A stretch of DNA of 63,933 bases, counting the filler, from Nanobdellota archaeon (lineage in GTDB: Archaea; Nanobdellota; Nanobdellia; Woesearchaeales; CAZZGN01): the NCBI GenBank assembly GCA_051819665.1. It is 12 parts of 12 records of this genome, joined end to end, with 100 filler letters (N's around TTAATTAATTAA, not from the genome) between each part and the next. Parts side by side here need not be neighbours in the genome. Positions count along the whole stretch, not along the records: positions 1 to 6,594 come from JBNJDG010000049.1; positions 6,695 to 13,222 come from JBNJDG010000050.1; 10 more parts are not named here. One strand, 5' to 3'. Positions 1-9,652 of this stretch are shown piece by piece. Within the stretch, counting starts at the first letter, position 1; every line of letters starts with the position of its first letter. The translations under genes and the position numbers were made by a program. The notes under the pieces are model-generated. The model was not told where the DNA came from. It did not search any database and worked only from the letters and a program-made list of their open reading frames with translations.

Positions 1-201
1 AGAGAGCGAAGCGACCTTGGTGCCAATAACGAAGTTATTGAGCATGAACCGGAGGTTCAGATTCGGTATTAAGAAATTTAAAACGCCATCGCCCGGATTC
101 CAAGAGAGCGAAGCGACCTTGGTGCCAATAACGAAGTTATTGAGCATGAACCGGAGGTTCAAATTCGGTATTAAGAAATTTAAAACGCCATCGCCCGGAT
201 T
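1..201. repeat. 102-bp tandem repeat downstream of tRNA-Ser, containing the tRNA 3' end
   Basis: 1-99 matches 103-201 with one mismatch; each unit contains cgccatcgcccggatt, the reverse complement of the tRNA 3' 16 nt. Confidence 0.9.
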
Positions 202-269
202 TGAACCGGGATATCCCGAAGGAAACTGGATTTCAAGTCCAGCGCAATGCCAGATTATGCGACGATGGC
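186..269 (-). tRNA. tRNA-Ser(TGA)
   Basis: GCCATCG/CGATGGC acceptor stem, CTGGA-CT-TGA-AA-TCCAG anticodon arm, long variable arm, TTCAAAT T-loop, G discriminator. Confidence 0.95.
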
Positions 270-378
270 AATATACTGCCCCGGGAAAACAAGTGCTTTA
301 AATAATTTATCATTTCAAGGATCATGCCTAAATAAGCCGAACTAAATAGAATCATCTAAAAGAAGATCCGGAAAAGCT

Positions 379-573
379 TTATTCCTCCTTCTCTTCCTTC
401 TGTTCAGGGTCAAGGTCCTCGTCATAACCTTTCATAAACCCTTCTTCCTCAGCTGAGATCTCGTCCCCGTCCACGAGGTCTTCCCGAGCATTTTCAGAAT
501 AGACATTATCTTCCTTCATGCTCTTGTCATCGAGATCCTCAGAGATCTCATCTTCGATACCCATAAGGTTCAC
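379..573 (-). CDS. small acidic hypothetical protein
   Basis: 64-aa ORF overlapping the tfe stop; EDLVDGDEISAEEEGFMKGY segment. Confidence 0.7.
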   Translation of the reverse strand: MNLMGIEDEISEDLDDKSMKEDNVYSENAREDLVDGDEISAEEEGFMKGYDEDLDPEQKEEKEE

Positions 574-1097
574 CCCATCTTAGCAAGTTCTTTGCTAAGC
601 TCATTTATCCGGTCCTTTATATTCTCTATGGTTTTTGCATTCTCCTGCTGTTCCAGAAGGGACCCGCATTCCGGACACTTGAACTCGAAATTCATCGCCT
701 GTTCCACATCAAGCCTTATACAGGCGTTCCTGCACATGAAAAAATAATTCTTGTTGGATTCCTCCTTCTCAAGCCTTTCCTGAAGTTTATCCAGCCTCTG
801 CTCCTTCAGTCTTTTTATCATCTCCTTCACCCTCTTCGGGTTGAAGGTCCAGTAACTTATATACCATCCTTTCTGCCTGTCTTTCTTCCTTATATAAGTC
901 ACAAGATTATGGTCGTGCATCTTATAGAGCAGGTGCCTGACAAGGTGAATGTCATAATCAAGATTCTCAGCTATCACGAACTCTGAAAGATTATCCTGCT
1001 TCCTTAGAGCTTCGACTATTGGATACGCCTCTTCACCAATTTCCTGGACAATCGTGTCCTTGAGCAGTTTGTTAGTAAGCCTCATTTTAAATACCAT
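570..1097 (-). CDS. tfe: transcription factor E (TFE/TFIIE-alpha)
   Basis: winged helix (VRHLLYKMHDHNLV..RKKD..KGWY.SYW) plus Zn ribbon (C..C / FKCPECG); start may be 1085. Confidence 0.92.
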   Translation of the reverse strand: MVFKMRLTNKLLKDTIVQEIGEEAYPIVEALRKQDNLSEFVIAENLDYDIHLVRHLLYKMHDHNLVTYIRKKDRQKGWYISYWTFNPKRVKEMIKRLKEQRLDKLQERLEKEESNKNYFFMCRNACIRLDVEQAMNFEFKCPECGSLLEQQENAKTIENIKDRINELSKELAKMG

Positions 1098-1232
1098 AGC
1101 GTAGGTTAAAGTTATCTATCTAATAATAAACAGCCCCATACTGGCGCTGCTTAGAAGGCCTACCTATCAGGACTAATATCTGTAACTACTCCTATATAAA
1201 AGTTGTGTTAGACTTATACCCACGAATATTGT

Positions 1233-2435
1233 TCACAGCGTAAAGTAGGTTATGACAGGCAAGAGGAGACAGGCCATCGAATTGACCCTCGCCACCTTCA
1301 CTATTGCAGGAACAGCACCTACCGCTGTACTCACTACAAGCACAAGGATCCCCCTGAAGCCTGTCATTAGGAAAGTCAGAAGCAGGATGAACAGAACGAC
1401 AGAGATTACAAGCTTCCTGTAATCCACCCTATAGATATACCCAGCGAAGAGCTTTCCTATCCTTATAGCGAGTATGAAAGCCAACGCACCAGAGATGAGG
1501 GAGACAAAAAGGAAAATCACTGCTGAATCAAGTGACAATGAGCCCAGCATCTCCTTCACAGCAACCACAGCACCGTTCCTCGGTTTCCCAAGGACATACA
1601 ATGCAGCTATCGATAATATGAAATTGACCGTATTTATCGAACCCATCAGGATAAGGAAACCCCGGTCGCCAAGGTCTCTTGTTATCTGAAGAGAGAGGAT
1701 AGCAGCAGTCCCCGCACCAACACCGGGAAGTATAGCTGTGAGGAATCCGGAGAACTGGCCCGAGAGAAGGGCCTTGGTGGTCAGGGAAGGTCTTACTTCC
1801 GTCCTCTTCTGGATCTTCTGCTTAGGCAGGGCCGAATCGGAATTGAGGCTTATCAGCAGAGTGCTCACACCGAAGAGACCGGAAAGCATAGGAAAGAGAG
1901 GATTGTCCAGTGCGGGATAGGAAAGGACAAGAATGCCCAGAGTTCCGCTCATGAGAAAAACAAGGAAAGCCCAGAGCTTCTTATTATCCCTCAGTATCAT
2001 GAAGATGACCACTATGATCAGGACCATGCCTATATAATCCTCGACGAAACCATACAGGGGCTTCAGGAAGTAGAGGAGCAGGGGGAATATCGCTATGCTT
2101 ATTATCAAAGCTCCGAAAGAACCCAAGGCTGTAAGCTTCACCGCCATAAGACCATGACCTTTCAGAAGATAACGATGTCCCGGCAGGACACCTAAGGCCG
2201 TGTCCGAGTCTGGAGCTCCGAGGAATATGCTCGGTAGAGGGTCGAGGAAAGTATGGGTTACAGACATCGATATTATGAAACAAGCCAGAGTAGTTAAGCT
2301 TGTGAAATTCGAGAAGAAAGGCACTAAAGATAAGAGGATCAATGAGAGAAGGTTTATATGGATTCCGGGGATTAAGCCTGTGAAGATGCCTGCCAATACA
2401 CCTGCTAAAGTCGCTATGATTATCTCGAGGATCAT
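1233..2435 (-). CDS. TctA-like (DUF112) tripartite tricarboxylate transporter permease family
   Basis: GIFTGLIPGIHIN, PSIFLGAPD, LPGH and LPGVG motifs; multi-TM. Confidence 0.85.
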   Translation of the reverse strand: MILEIIIATLAGVLAGIFTGLIPGIHINLLSLILLSLVPFFSNFTSLTTLACFIISMSVTHTFLDPLPSIFLGAPDSDTALGVLPGHRYLLKGHGLMAVKLTALGSFGALIISIAIFPLLLYFLKPLYGFVEDYIGMVLIIVVIFMILRDNKKLWAFLVFLMSGTLGILVLSYPALDNPLFPMLSGLFGVSTLLISLNSDSALPKQKIQKRTEVRPSLTTKALLSGQFSGFLTAILPGVGAGTAAILSLQITRDLGDRGFLILMGSINTVNFILSIAALYVLGKPRNGAVVAVKEMLGSLSLDSAVIFLFVSLISGALAFILAIRIGKLFAGYIYRVDYRKLVISVVLFILLLTFLMTGFRGILVLVVSTAVGAVPAIVKVARVNSMACLLLPVITYFTL

Positions 2436-2555
2436 GAAAAAAGAGCAGATACCAGCTTAATATGCTTAACCGGCATTAATCCGGAAGATCTTAAACCCAT
2501 TACAGAAGATATTCCGATAAAAGAAAGATAAAATGAAAGATCAGATAAGAAACCC

Positions 2556-2714
2556 TTATTCCTCTTCGGCGAACTTCTTGATAGCGTCGTAGTTCTCCAC
2601 TATCAGTTTAGCCTTGTTCTTCCCGAAGGTGAACGGCCATTTGTTATCATCATCGCCTTCTCTGGTAAGCTTTATTACCCTGTTTCCCTTAAACTCATCA
2701 AATTCTGCTGGCAT
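2556..2714 (-). CDS. small hypothetical protein (52 aa), absent from ORF track
   Basis: GGAGTGA SD; MPAEFDEFKGNRVIKL...WPFTFGKNKAKLIVENYDAIKKFAEEE. Confidence 0.8.
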   Translation of the reverse strand: MPAEFDEFKGNRVIKLTREGDDDNKWPFTFGKNKAKLIVENYDAIKKFAEEE

Positions 2715-2822
2715 TATATCACTCCTTGTACGATTTTGCCAGCCGGAAAAAAGAAGAGTTTTTAAGCTTTTCCATGATGGATTCCAAAAACATTTTATAT
2801 AACAAAACTTACCCTTGTAACT

Positions 2823-3500
2823 ATGAAAGGGTACGAAAAATGGGTGGGTTTGGGCCAGAAACTCAGACAGGTCTCAGAGAGGGATCTTGGGCTTGAAGGG
2901 AAAGGCTTGTTCAGGGACTACACAGAACAAGCGGAAAAAGATTTCAAAGACGAGCTTATCGTAGACAATAATATAGAGAAACTGAAATCAGAGGGAAAAA
3001 CCGGCCTGGTAAGATGCAATGATTATGTGAATTTCGGCCCCTGGCAGGAACCTGCTGACCTAGTTTACATGGAGAATGGCATAATAAGATTTCTTCAGAA
3101 ATCACATGGAGGGACTGTTGCCCAATCATACACAAATAGAGACAACAATATCAAAGTCATGGAACATTATACAACCGACAAGAAAGATGAACCAATCGTA
3201 AGGAGAGAGAGGAGATTCTACCTTGAACAAGACGGCCTCTCTTTTTTCTCCACACAGATAGGCAATGACCAATTAGGTGTAATAGTCACCCCTAAGAACA
3301 GCAGAGAACCTGATTTCAGTTATACGAGAATGCTTCCGGGCCCCAAAGAGATTTTCGATATAGCCACAGAAGGGAGAAACCTCATGAGCCTCATGAATAA
3401 CGCCGACGGTATCTACAGCCATAATGGGAAAGAATCTCGAGCTAAATTCTCCCAAAACACGAGGCTCTCTCTAATCTATAAAAAAACACAACCTCAATAG
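2823..3500 (+). CDS. hypothetical protein
   Basis: 225-aa ORF with TTTATAT box upstream; no recognised motif. Confidence 0.7.
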   Translation: MKGYEKWVGLGQKLRQVSERDLGLEGKGLFRDYTEQAEKDFKDELIVDNNIEKLKSEGKTGLVRCNDYVNFGPWQEPADLVYMENGIIRFLQKSHGGTVAQSYTNRDNNIKVMEHYTTDKKDEPIVRRERRFYLEQDGLSFFSTQIGNDQLGVIVTPKNSREPDFSYTRMLPGPKEIFDIATEGRNLMSLMNNADGIYSHNGKESRAKFSQNTRLSLIYKKTQPQ

Positions 3501-3545
3501 AAACTTTCAGTAAGATTTAAATAATCTCCCTGCAATAATCTTCAC

Positions 3546-4049
3546 ATGGCCGGGAAGTCCAGCAAGGTGAAAGAAGAGGAACAGATCCTGCAGGATATCG
3601 AAAGGAAGAAGAGGATAGCCAGCAAGATAAAACTGAAAAGGCAGGTCAAGCATTTCAAGTTCTCCGATTTTGCACAGGCGGTCATAGGCGTGGGTGTTTT
3701 CGGTCTCCCCGCTCTGATAAACACATCATTCTGGAATTATATACCCAAAGTGAATCTGGAGTTCCTGTTCTATATCCACCTCTTCTTCGTATTCTGTGCA
3801 GTCATCGGCAAGAATTACCAGTTCAGAAGTGATCTTCCTCTCGATGATAAATGGTTCATGACGCTTTTCGGGAAGCATGTCGTCTATATGTACACCTCTG
3901 TATTGATAGTCATATTCTTCATGCTCGTACTGCTGAACAGGGTGAGCCTCGACATGACCATGTACGATTTCCTGAAGAATTTCCTGGCCGCACAGTCAGT
4001 AGGAGTCATTGGAGCAGTAACATTCACTTTTTTCAAGAAGGATGATTAA
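3546..4049 (+). CDS. DUF2391-like membrane protein
   Basis: 4 TM segments; F..SDFAQAVIG..VFGLP start. Confidence 0.6.
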   Translation: MAGKSSKVKEEEQILQDIERKKRIASKIKLKRQVKHFKFSDFAQAVIGVGVFGLPALINTSFWNYIPKVNLEFLFYIHLFFVFCAVIGKNYQFRSDLPLDDKWFMTLFGKHVVYMYTSVLIVIFFMLVLLNRVSLDMTMYDFLKNFLAAQSVGVIGAVTFTFFKKDD

Positions 4050-4512
4050 GATGCACAAGAGCTATGATAAACTCAAGCACGAGAAGCACAGGGACAAGTT
4101 CAATATAGATTTCCTCAGATACTTCACCTGGAATAACTTCATATGCGGGATCTTAGGCTCTATAATAGGTGCATTGGTTTACCTGCTCTTCCTCGTGGAT
4201 GAAATCATGATGATAAGAGAGAGCATTGTCGCCATAATACTCCTCGGTGCATTCTTCGTCTTCCTGTTCATGTCCTCAATTGCCTACAGGGCGACAGGAG
4301 AGCTGAAAGAAAGCCTTGCTATTGCCGGGAAGAGAGGACTGAACTCATTCATAATAATAACTTCCGTGGATATAATCGCGATAGCTTCCTCGGGGATAAT
4401 AAACCTGCAGAGCACGTTCGGGGATTTCCTCTACATCCTCCTCGGAAGCATGATCGTTACCGCTTTTATAGCTTTATTCTTTGATTTCGGAGCGACTTAT
4501 AAGAAAGAATAA
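4042..4512 (+). CDS. membrane protein, possibly a paralogue of the upstream gene
   Basis: 4 TM segments; overlaps the upstream stop. Confidence 0.6.
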   Translation: MIKMHKSYDKLKHEKHRDKFNIDFLRYFTWNNFICGILGSIIGALVYLLFLVDEIMMIRESIVAIILLGAFFVFLFMSSIAYRATGELKESLAIAGKRGLNSFIIITSVDIIAIASSGIINLQSTFGDFLYILLGSMIVTAFIALFFDFGATYKKE

Positions 4513-4520
4513 GAAAAGTA

Positions 4521-5474
4521 TCAGGCGGCCTCTCTGCCAGAGCCTTTGTTCTTAAGATTCCTGATCTTCCCTTCGCCTCTTGCTGACCTTTTCTGTTCAT
4601 ACCAGCCCATAGACTCAAGATGATGCGCTTTCTTCCTGACAAGCTGGACAAGGTTCTTTTCTCTCTGGGCAAGATCATCAAGCTTGTCCTGCGGGAAGCC
4701 TTCTTTAGAGATTGTCTGAAGTGAAGTCGGGACATCCTTCTCTATCTTCTTGACAAGCCTCATATGCAGAAGGTTCACCTTCTTCATCACTTTGGCGAAT
4801 CTGTCTATCTCCTTATCTGTATCCTTGATAAACTTATCGAGTGACTGTTCTACTTCTTTCATCAACTTATCAGCTTCCTTGCTGTCCTTGGCAGAGTCCA
4901 GCTTCTTGAGCTTATCTATCTCCTTCTCGACAACATCCTCGTCCTTATGCTCGTGTCTTATATCTCTCTTCTCTCTCCTGAGGAGCCTTTTGATCTGCCT
5001 GAGAAGAAACTTATCCGGCCAGACAGAAAGGTATTTCGTATATCTCTGCCTGTTAAAATAAACATCCTTCTCCATCTGCCTTACCCTGGAAAAGGTATCC
5101 TTGAACTTCGTCTGCAGCTCTTCTATCTTCTTGAGAAGCTCACTGTACTTACCCCTGCCTTTCTCGCTCAGTTTGCTCAGATCCACAGCTATGTTCTGTT
5201 CGTCCTTCCTCACACTATGCTCGATCTTCTCTTCTCCGAGGACAATCTCATCCACCTTCTCCTCCTCTTTCTGATAATCATCAAGAAGTTTCTTGAAATC
5301 CTTATAGACCTCATCGGCATCTCCCATCTTCGTGAATTTATCTAAATCTTTCTCTTCTGCATGGATGTGGCCAACTACGTGCCTAAGGCGCTTTGAGACC
5401 CTCTTCAGATGCCTCGCTATGCCTCTTGTTGACCTTATATGTGCAAAATTCATGCCGGTTATGAACTCTCCCAT
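4521..5474 (-). CDS. coiled-coil hypothetical protein
   Basis: K/E-rich helical 317 aa; GGAGG SD. Confidence 0.75.
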   Translation of the reverse strand: MGEFITGMNFAHIRSTRGIARHLKRVSKRLRHVVGHIHAEEKDLDKFTKMGDADEVYKDFKKLLDDYQKEEEKVDEIVLGEEKIEHSVRKDEQNIAVDLSKLSEKGRGKYSELLKKIEELQTKFKDTFSRVRQMEKDVYFNRQRYTKYLSVWPDKFLLRQIKRLLRREKRDIRHEHKDEDVVEKEIDKLKKLDSAKDSKEADKLMKEVEQSLDKFIKDTDKEIDRFAKVMKKVNLLHMRLVKKIEKDVPTSLQTISKEGFPQDKLDDLAQREKNLVQLVRKKAHHLESMGWYEQKRSARGEGKIRNLKNKGSGREAA

Positions 5475-5488
5475 TTTTATTCCTCCTC

Positions 5489-6592
5489 CTAAGCATTACC
5501 CCTTTTTTTAGTCTGTTGTTTAAGGAAAACTACATTCTTTCTCAGGTTTTCTATCGCTTTAGAGAGCAGTTGAATGTCATTCTCTGTAGCCTTCAGACCA
5601 TCTATCTCCTTCGGCAACAAATTTCTTAACTCCCCAACCTTTTTCTTAACATCCTCTTCCTTCTCAAGCTTCCTCTCAATTTCCCTGACCTTCTTGAATG
5701 TTGCAGGCTTCAACTCTCCATTCTTCTCTATCTTATCATAGACCTCGTTAATATAAGTCTTGAATTCCTCCAGATTCTTTCTGATAGGACGAAATTCATT
5801 AGACAAGCCTTGTTCATCATATGTTTTTATGTTAAGGTCTACTTCTTTCAGGAGTTTATTAATACCCTTATTGATATCCTTATCCATCTCCTCAACATCT
5901 TTCTTCAGATTCTTTATTCCCTTCTTGAGAGCAGTATTACTTTTCCTCAAAGATTCATCCGCATATTTTACCTGATCATGAATCTTAAAAGCACCTTTTT
6001 CTTTACCCAACTCATTATTGAAAGAGACAAGGGTCCTCCTAACTTCATCTATCGCCGGGAGATTCTTATTAAGCAGATCCTGATGCTTTCTTAGTACACC
6101 CAATAACCAATCTTCAGAATATTTTTTACTTTCTTCCTTTGAAGAACCACCTGTGTTCACTTCATCTACACCCGCAGAACCATCCTTGCCAGAAGCACCT
6201 CCCTCAGCGACTGTCTTAGAAGGTCCCCCGGGCTCATCTGATGAACCTTCTGTCGTAGCAGATGTGTTGCCGGAAGATGAATTATCCTCTTCCCCTGAAG
6301 CGTTCTCTTTTCCTTCACCTGAAGACTTATTTTCCGGAGATTTATCCGATTTCTTTATGACAATTGTTTTTTCAGCGAAAGGCCGAACATTATTTTCTTC
6401 TATTACCCATATGGATACGATTATCTTATTCTCACCTTCTTCGAGAACTTCAGCAGGAACTTCAATTGAAAAATTACCTTCACCACCAAGCCTGCTGTGG
6501 AGAGGTTTTTCACCATATGATATTGGCTCATCGCCACCCTTATGCAGAAGAAAGACAACATGATTCTCATCAGGATTCTTAACCTTACCGGA
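5489..6592 (-). CDS. large hypothetical protein, 5'-truncated (beta-rich domain, S/G/E linker, coiled-coil C-terminus)
   Basis: the frame of ORF 5489..6160 stays open to the contig edge. Confidence 0.75.
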   Translation of the reverse strand, partial: SGKVKNPDENHVVFLLHKGGDEPISYGEKPLHSRLGGEGNFSIEVPAEVLEEGENKIIVSIWVIEENNVRPFAEKTIVIKKSDKSPENKSSGEGKENASGEEDNSSSGNTSATTEGSSDEPGGPSKTVAEGGASGKDGSAGVDEVNTGGSSKEESKKYSEDWLLGVLRKHQDLLNKNLPAIDEVRRTLVSFNNELGKEKGAFKIHDQVKYADESLRKSNTALKKGIKNLKKDVEEMDKDINKGINKLLKEVDLNIKTYDEQGLSNEFRPIRKNLEEFKTYINEVYDKIEKNGELKPATFKKVREIERKLEKEEDVKKKVGELRNLLPKEIDGLKATENDIQLLSKAIENLRKNVVFLKQQTKKRGNA

Positions 6593-6594
6593 AA

Positions 6595-6694
6595 NNNNNN
6601 NNNNNNNNNNNNNNNNNNNNNNNNNNNNNNNNNNNNNNTTAATTAATTAANNNNNNNNNNNNNNNNNNNNNNNNNNNNNNNNNNNNNNNNNNNN
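6595..6694. other. assembly linker
   Basis: N-run with TTAATTAATTAA. Confidence 0.99.
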
Positions 6695-6735
6695 TAAACT
6701 GTCCAAAAGGACTTCTTAGAAATTATTGAACAAAA

Positions 6736-9021
6736 TCATTTGCCTGAAGTATAAGCACTCACATCACCACCCACATCACCGTATTCCACTAAGACTCCTC
6801 CTTTCTCAAATCTTATCTTAGTGCCCTGCATCGACTCCGTGGGACCATGGACAACAACACCAAGCTTTTTTGCCAGGAAATTGACCATATTCGCTTCCTC
6901 ATCCTCCCCCATGCCAGTTAAGCAGGAATGGAGCACTATCTGCGCATCATCTGAAAATTTCTCCCTCAGCTCTTCTATCTCATCATCGGTGAAATCAAGG
7001 TATTTGAGCTCATCTATCTTTATATCCTTATAATCCGCCTTATCTGCTTTATCTGAAAAACCGAGTGTTATCAGGTCCTGTTTGCCGTGTGCACCAAGGA
7101 GGAGCATATCTATCTTCCCATTATAATCCTTTATCCTTTCATAGAGGGACTTTTCCGATCCCACTTCGAAAACCGTGGTATTGTATCTTGATGTTATGTT
7201 ATCGAGCCCCACCTTATGCACTGAGAAGGTGCCTTGATGGTCTGCCTTGGAAAAAAGCGCCAGGGCATTCTTGTCATGCTTCTTCTCGAGAGTATCATAT
7301 ACTACGCCCTCTGAATTGCATTTATCCGCTAAATCCTTGAGCACATCATGGTCATACCTGTCAAAGTTGATTATCTCGAAACATTTTATAACAGGATAAA
7401 GGTTCTCCTGCTCTATCATCCTGCTGTGGAGTATAACATTGAACAGGTCTGAAGGCCTTTCCACCTCAACCTTGTTTAGAACCCTGTCTACATTTCCTAT
7501 CTCCGTACCCTGGTTGAGGATCCATAATTTGGCCTTGGATATTATCAGAGCGGCCTCATCAGGGCTAATCTTACTGAATCTCTTCTCAAATTCTTGCAGG
7601 AATTCCTCCATGAAATTTTTTCCTGAGAGAGAAAATAAGTTATCCACTATATCATCACTGTATCTAATCAACTTCCCTTTGACATGAGAGAGGAACTTTT
7701 CTGCATTCTGATAGGAATGCTCATCTATATTATCAAGATCTACATTGTATCCGGCAGGAAGCTTATCCAGTCTGCTTAATCTCTTTGCGATACCCTTATA
7801 GGATGTGAGCTTATCCCTGTCATTAAGGAGAACTTTCAGATCGATATCTGTATGTATCCCGTTATCATTCAATAACTCTACCAGATTTATAGCTTCCTCA
7901 TCGAACAAGAAAGGAACTATCACTTCCGGCCTGTAATCATTGACCAGCTTTCTCTTCTCAAAATCTATACCTAATCTCTCACCTTTCGACTGGTTGAGGA
8001 ACTCCATCATGTAATCATTCAGGTCTCCCCCTCCTCCTGACTTATAACCCTTCTCAAGATTGAGTGTTGAAGATTTCAAAAGGATATCTTTCAATAGCTT
8101 GTGATTTGATACTGCCTTTTCAAATTCCTCCTCTAACCCCCTTGAATGAGCTTCCTTTCTCATTTCTTCTATATCCGACTGATTAAGATAAACTGGATAA
8201 TCCTGGCCTTTTACCTCCACTTCACCTATATTGCCTGTGACCGAATCCAGCCTTACTGTCTCCTGCGCATTAACACCGTCAGCTACAGAGGCAAGGATAC
8301 CGATTATAATTGCCAAGCTTGCTATAGGAGGGAGGATTTTGCCCTTGACCTTATCCAACAGGCTGTCTTTCGGCACCCTCGGATATTTCCTTTTCATGTC
8401 CTCGTTTATGCTCACTTCCCTGTTATAATACTGCCTGTATGTATAGGCATCATCATTCAGAAGCGCTCTCGCCTCCTCCTTCAGTATCTCTGAAAGCTGA
8501 TCAGGTAATGAAATGAGGTAATTGTCTACCTTTTCCTGTAGAATCCTTTTGTTCCTTATCATGAAATCAACTAAAGGTATCTCCTCTTTCATCATCCTCC
8601 TTGCCAGCTTTTTCTTCTCTGAGAAAGGAGAATCCTGTGTTACAGAAGCCTTCTTATTGACATGATCTTCCGAGAACATCTTAAGGTACTTCTCGACAGG
8701 CTCAACGAACTTCTCTCTTATATAGGGCCCGGAAGAGAGCCTGTCCTTTAGATGCTTTATCAGCTCATTGACCTGCTCTGCCTCTTTCCTCTGTTCAGGA
8801 AGATTCTTGCCTTCAGAAGAATCAAGCCTCCTGAGATCGTTAAGGAGCCTTTCTGCATATTTTCTGTCAATATCGTCATGGAGCCTCTTCAGATCCTTTA
8901 TGATACTCTTATCTATCTTCTCAAGATCATTTATCTCCTTCCTGTGCCAGTGCCAGTTTTCTGGCAACTTGCCTTCCTTATCCAGCTCATCAATATGATC
9001 TGCCAGTTTTTTCCTGAACAT
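6736..9021 (-). CDS. membrane-anchored or secreted protein with C-terminal clan CD-like (DUF4347/peptidase C80-like) His-Cys domain
   Basis: internal hydrophobic segment; LLLGAHG...IVLHSCLTG...LAKKLGVVVHGPT; likely start is the ATG just after the rpp30 stop. Confidence 0.6.
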   Translation of the reverse strand: MFRKKLADHIDELDKEGKLPENWHWHRKEINDLEKIDKSIIKDLKRLHDDIDRKYAERLLNDLRRLDSSEGKNLPEQRKEAEQVNELIKHLKDRLSSGPYIREKFVEPVEKYLKMFSEDHVNKKASVTQDSPFSEKKKLARRMMKEEIPLVDFMIRNKRILQEKVDNYLISLPDQLSEILKEEARALLNDDAYTYRQYYNREVSINEDMKRKYPRVPKDSLLDKVKGKILPPIASLAIIIGILASVADGVNAQETVRLDSVTGNIGEVEVKGQDYPVYLNQSDIEEMRKEAHSRGLEEEFEKAVSNHKLLKDILLKSSTLNLEKGYKSGGGGDLNDYMMEFLNQSKGERLGIDFEKRKLVNDYRPEVIVPFLFDEEAINLVELLNDNGIHTDIDLKVLLNDRDKLTSYKGIAKRLSRLDKLPAGYNVDLDNIDEHSYQNAEKFLSHVKGKLIRYSDDIVDNLFSLSGKNFMEEFLQEFEKRFSKISPDEAALIISKAKLWILNQGTEIGNVDRVLNKVEVERPSDLFNVILHSRMIEQENLYPVIKCFEIINFDRYDHDVLKDLADKCNSEGVVYDTLEKKHDKNALALFSKADHQGTFSVHKVGLDNITSRYNTTVFEVGSEKSLYERIKDYNGKIDMLLLGAHGKQDLITLGFSDKADKADYKDIKIDELKYLDFTDDEIEELREKFSDDAQIVLHSCLTGMGEDEEANMVNFLAKKLGVVVHGPTESMQGTKIRFEKGGVLVEYGDVGGDVSAYTSGK

Positions 9022-9023
9022 GA

Positions 9024-9557
9024 CTATTCCTTCCACGCAATATCCCTGAATACCTTGCCCTCTCTCTTCTTATCATTATATTCGAGCCTTTCAGAAACAT
9101 GACTTAATGACCTTTTTATCTCATCAGGCTTCATACCTATCATCGAAGCGAAGCTCTTAAGATCATCCATGCTCCTGAGATCATCCACTTCAGAAGCGAA
9201 ATTTCCGAACACCATCTTAACATCATATTTCCTACAGAGCATCACGTTCTGCCTCATCCTTCCGAGGATCACATCGGGCTTCCTGGAATTGAGAACCAGA
9301 GAGAACGAGAAACCCACCATTATATCCTTATCAGAAAATATCTTTGCAAGGACCTGATTCATACCTGAATTACGGTGATGGACGAAATCAGGCTTATCCG
9401 AACCCTCCAGGCCATAAACCACATCAACATCCCTGCCGAGCTTTGATCTGGAAGGATTTTCAAGTATGGTCATCTTTTCAGATGTTACAAATTCATTACC
9501 TAACTCTTTCTCCCTCCGGGTTACTTCTTCACTTTCCTTTCCGATAAATATGTCCAT
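9024..9557 (-). CDS. rnp3: RNase P protein Rpp30 (short form)
   Basis: DFVHHRNSGMNQVLAK, RMRQNVMLCRKY and DLRS..DL..F...IGM motifs. Confidence 0.85.
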   Translation of the reverse strand: MDIFIGKESEEVTRREKELGNEFVTSEKMTILENPSRSKLGRDVDVVYGLEGSDKPDFVHHRNSGMNQVLAKIFSDKDIMVGFSFSLVLNSRKPDVILGRMRQNVMLCRKYDVKMVFGNFASEVDDLRSMDDLKSFASMIGMKPDEIKRSLSHVSERLEYNDKKREGKVFRDIAWKE

Positions 9558-9652
9558 AGAGGAGAAACAATAAAAGTTCTTTAAATAGTTTATTCCCTTG
9601 TTACCCCTACAAAAACAAAAAATATATAAGCACGTAGGGGTAACCAGAGGAT

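Noticed and set aside
17..301. 94-aa ORF with an internal repeat
   Set aside because: Translation of the 102-bp DNA repeat and the antisense of tRNA-Ser
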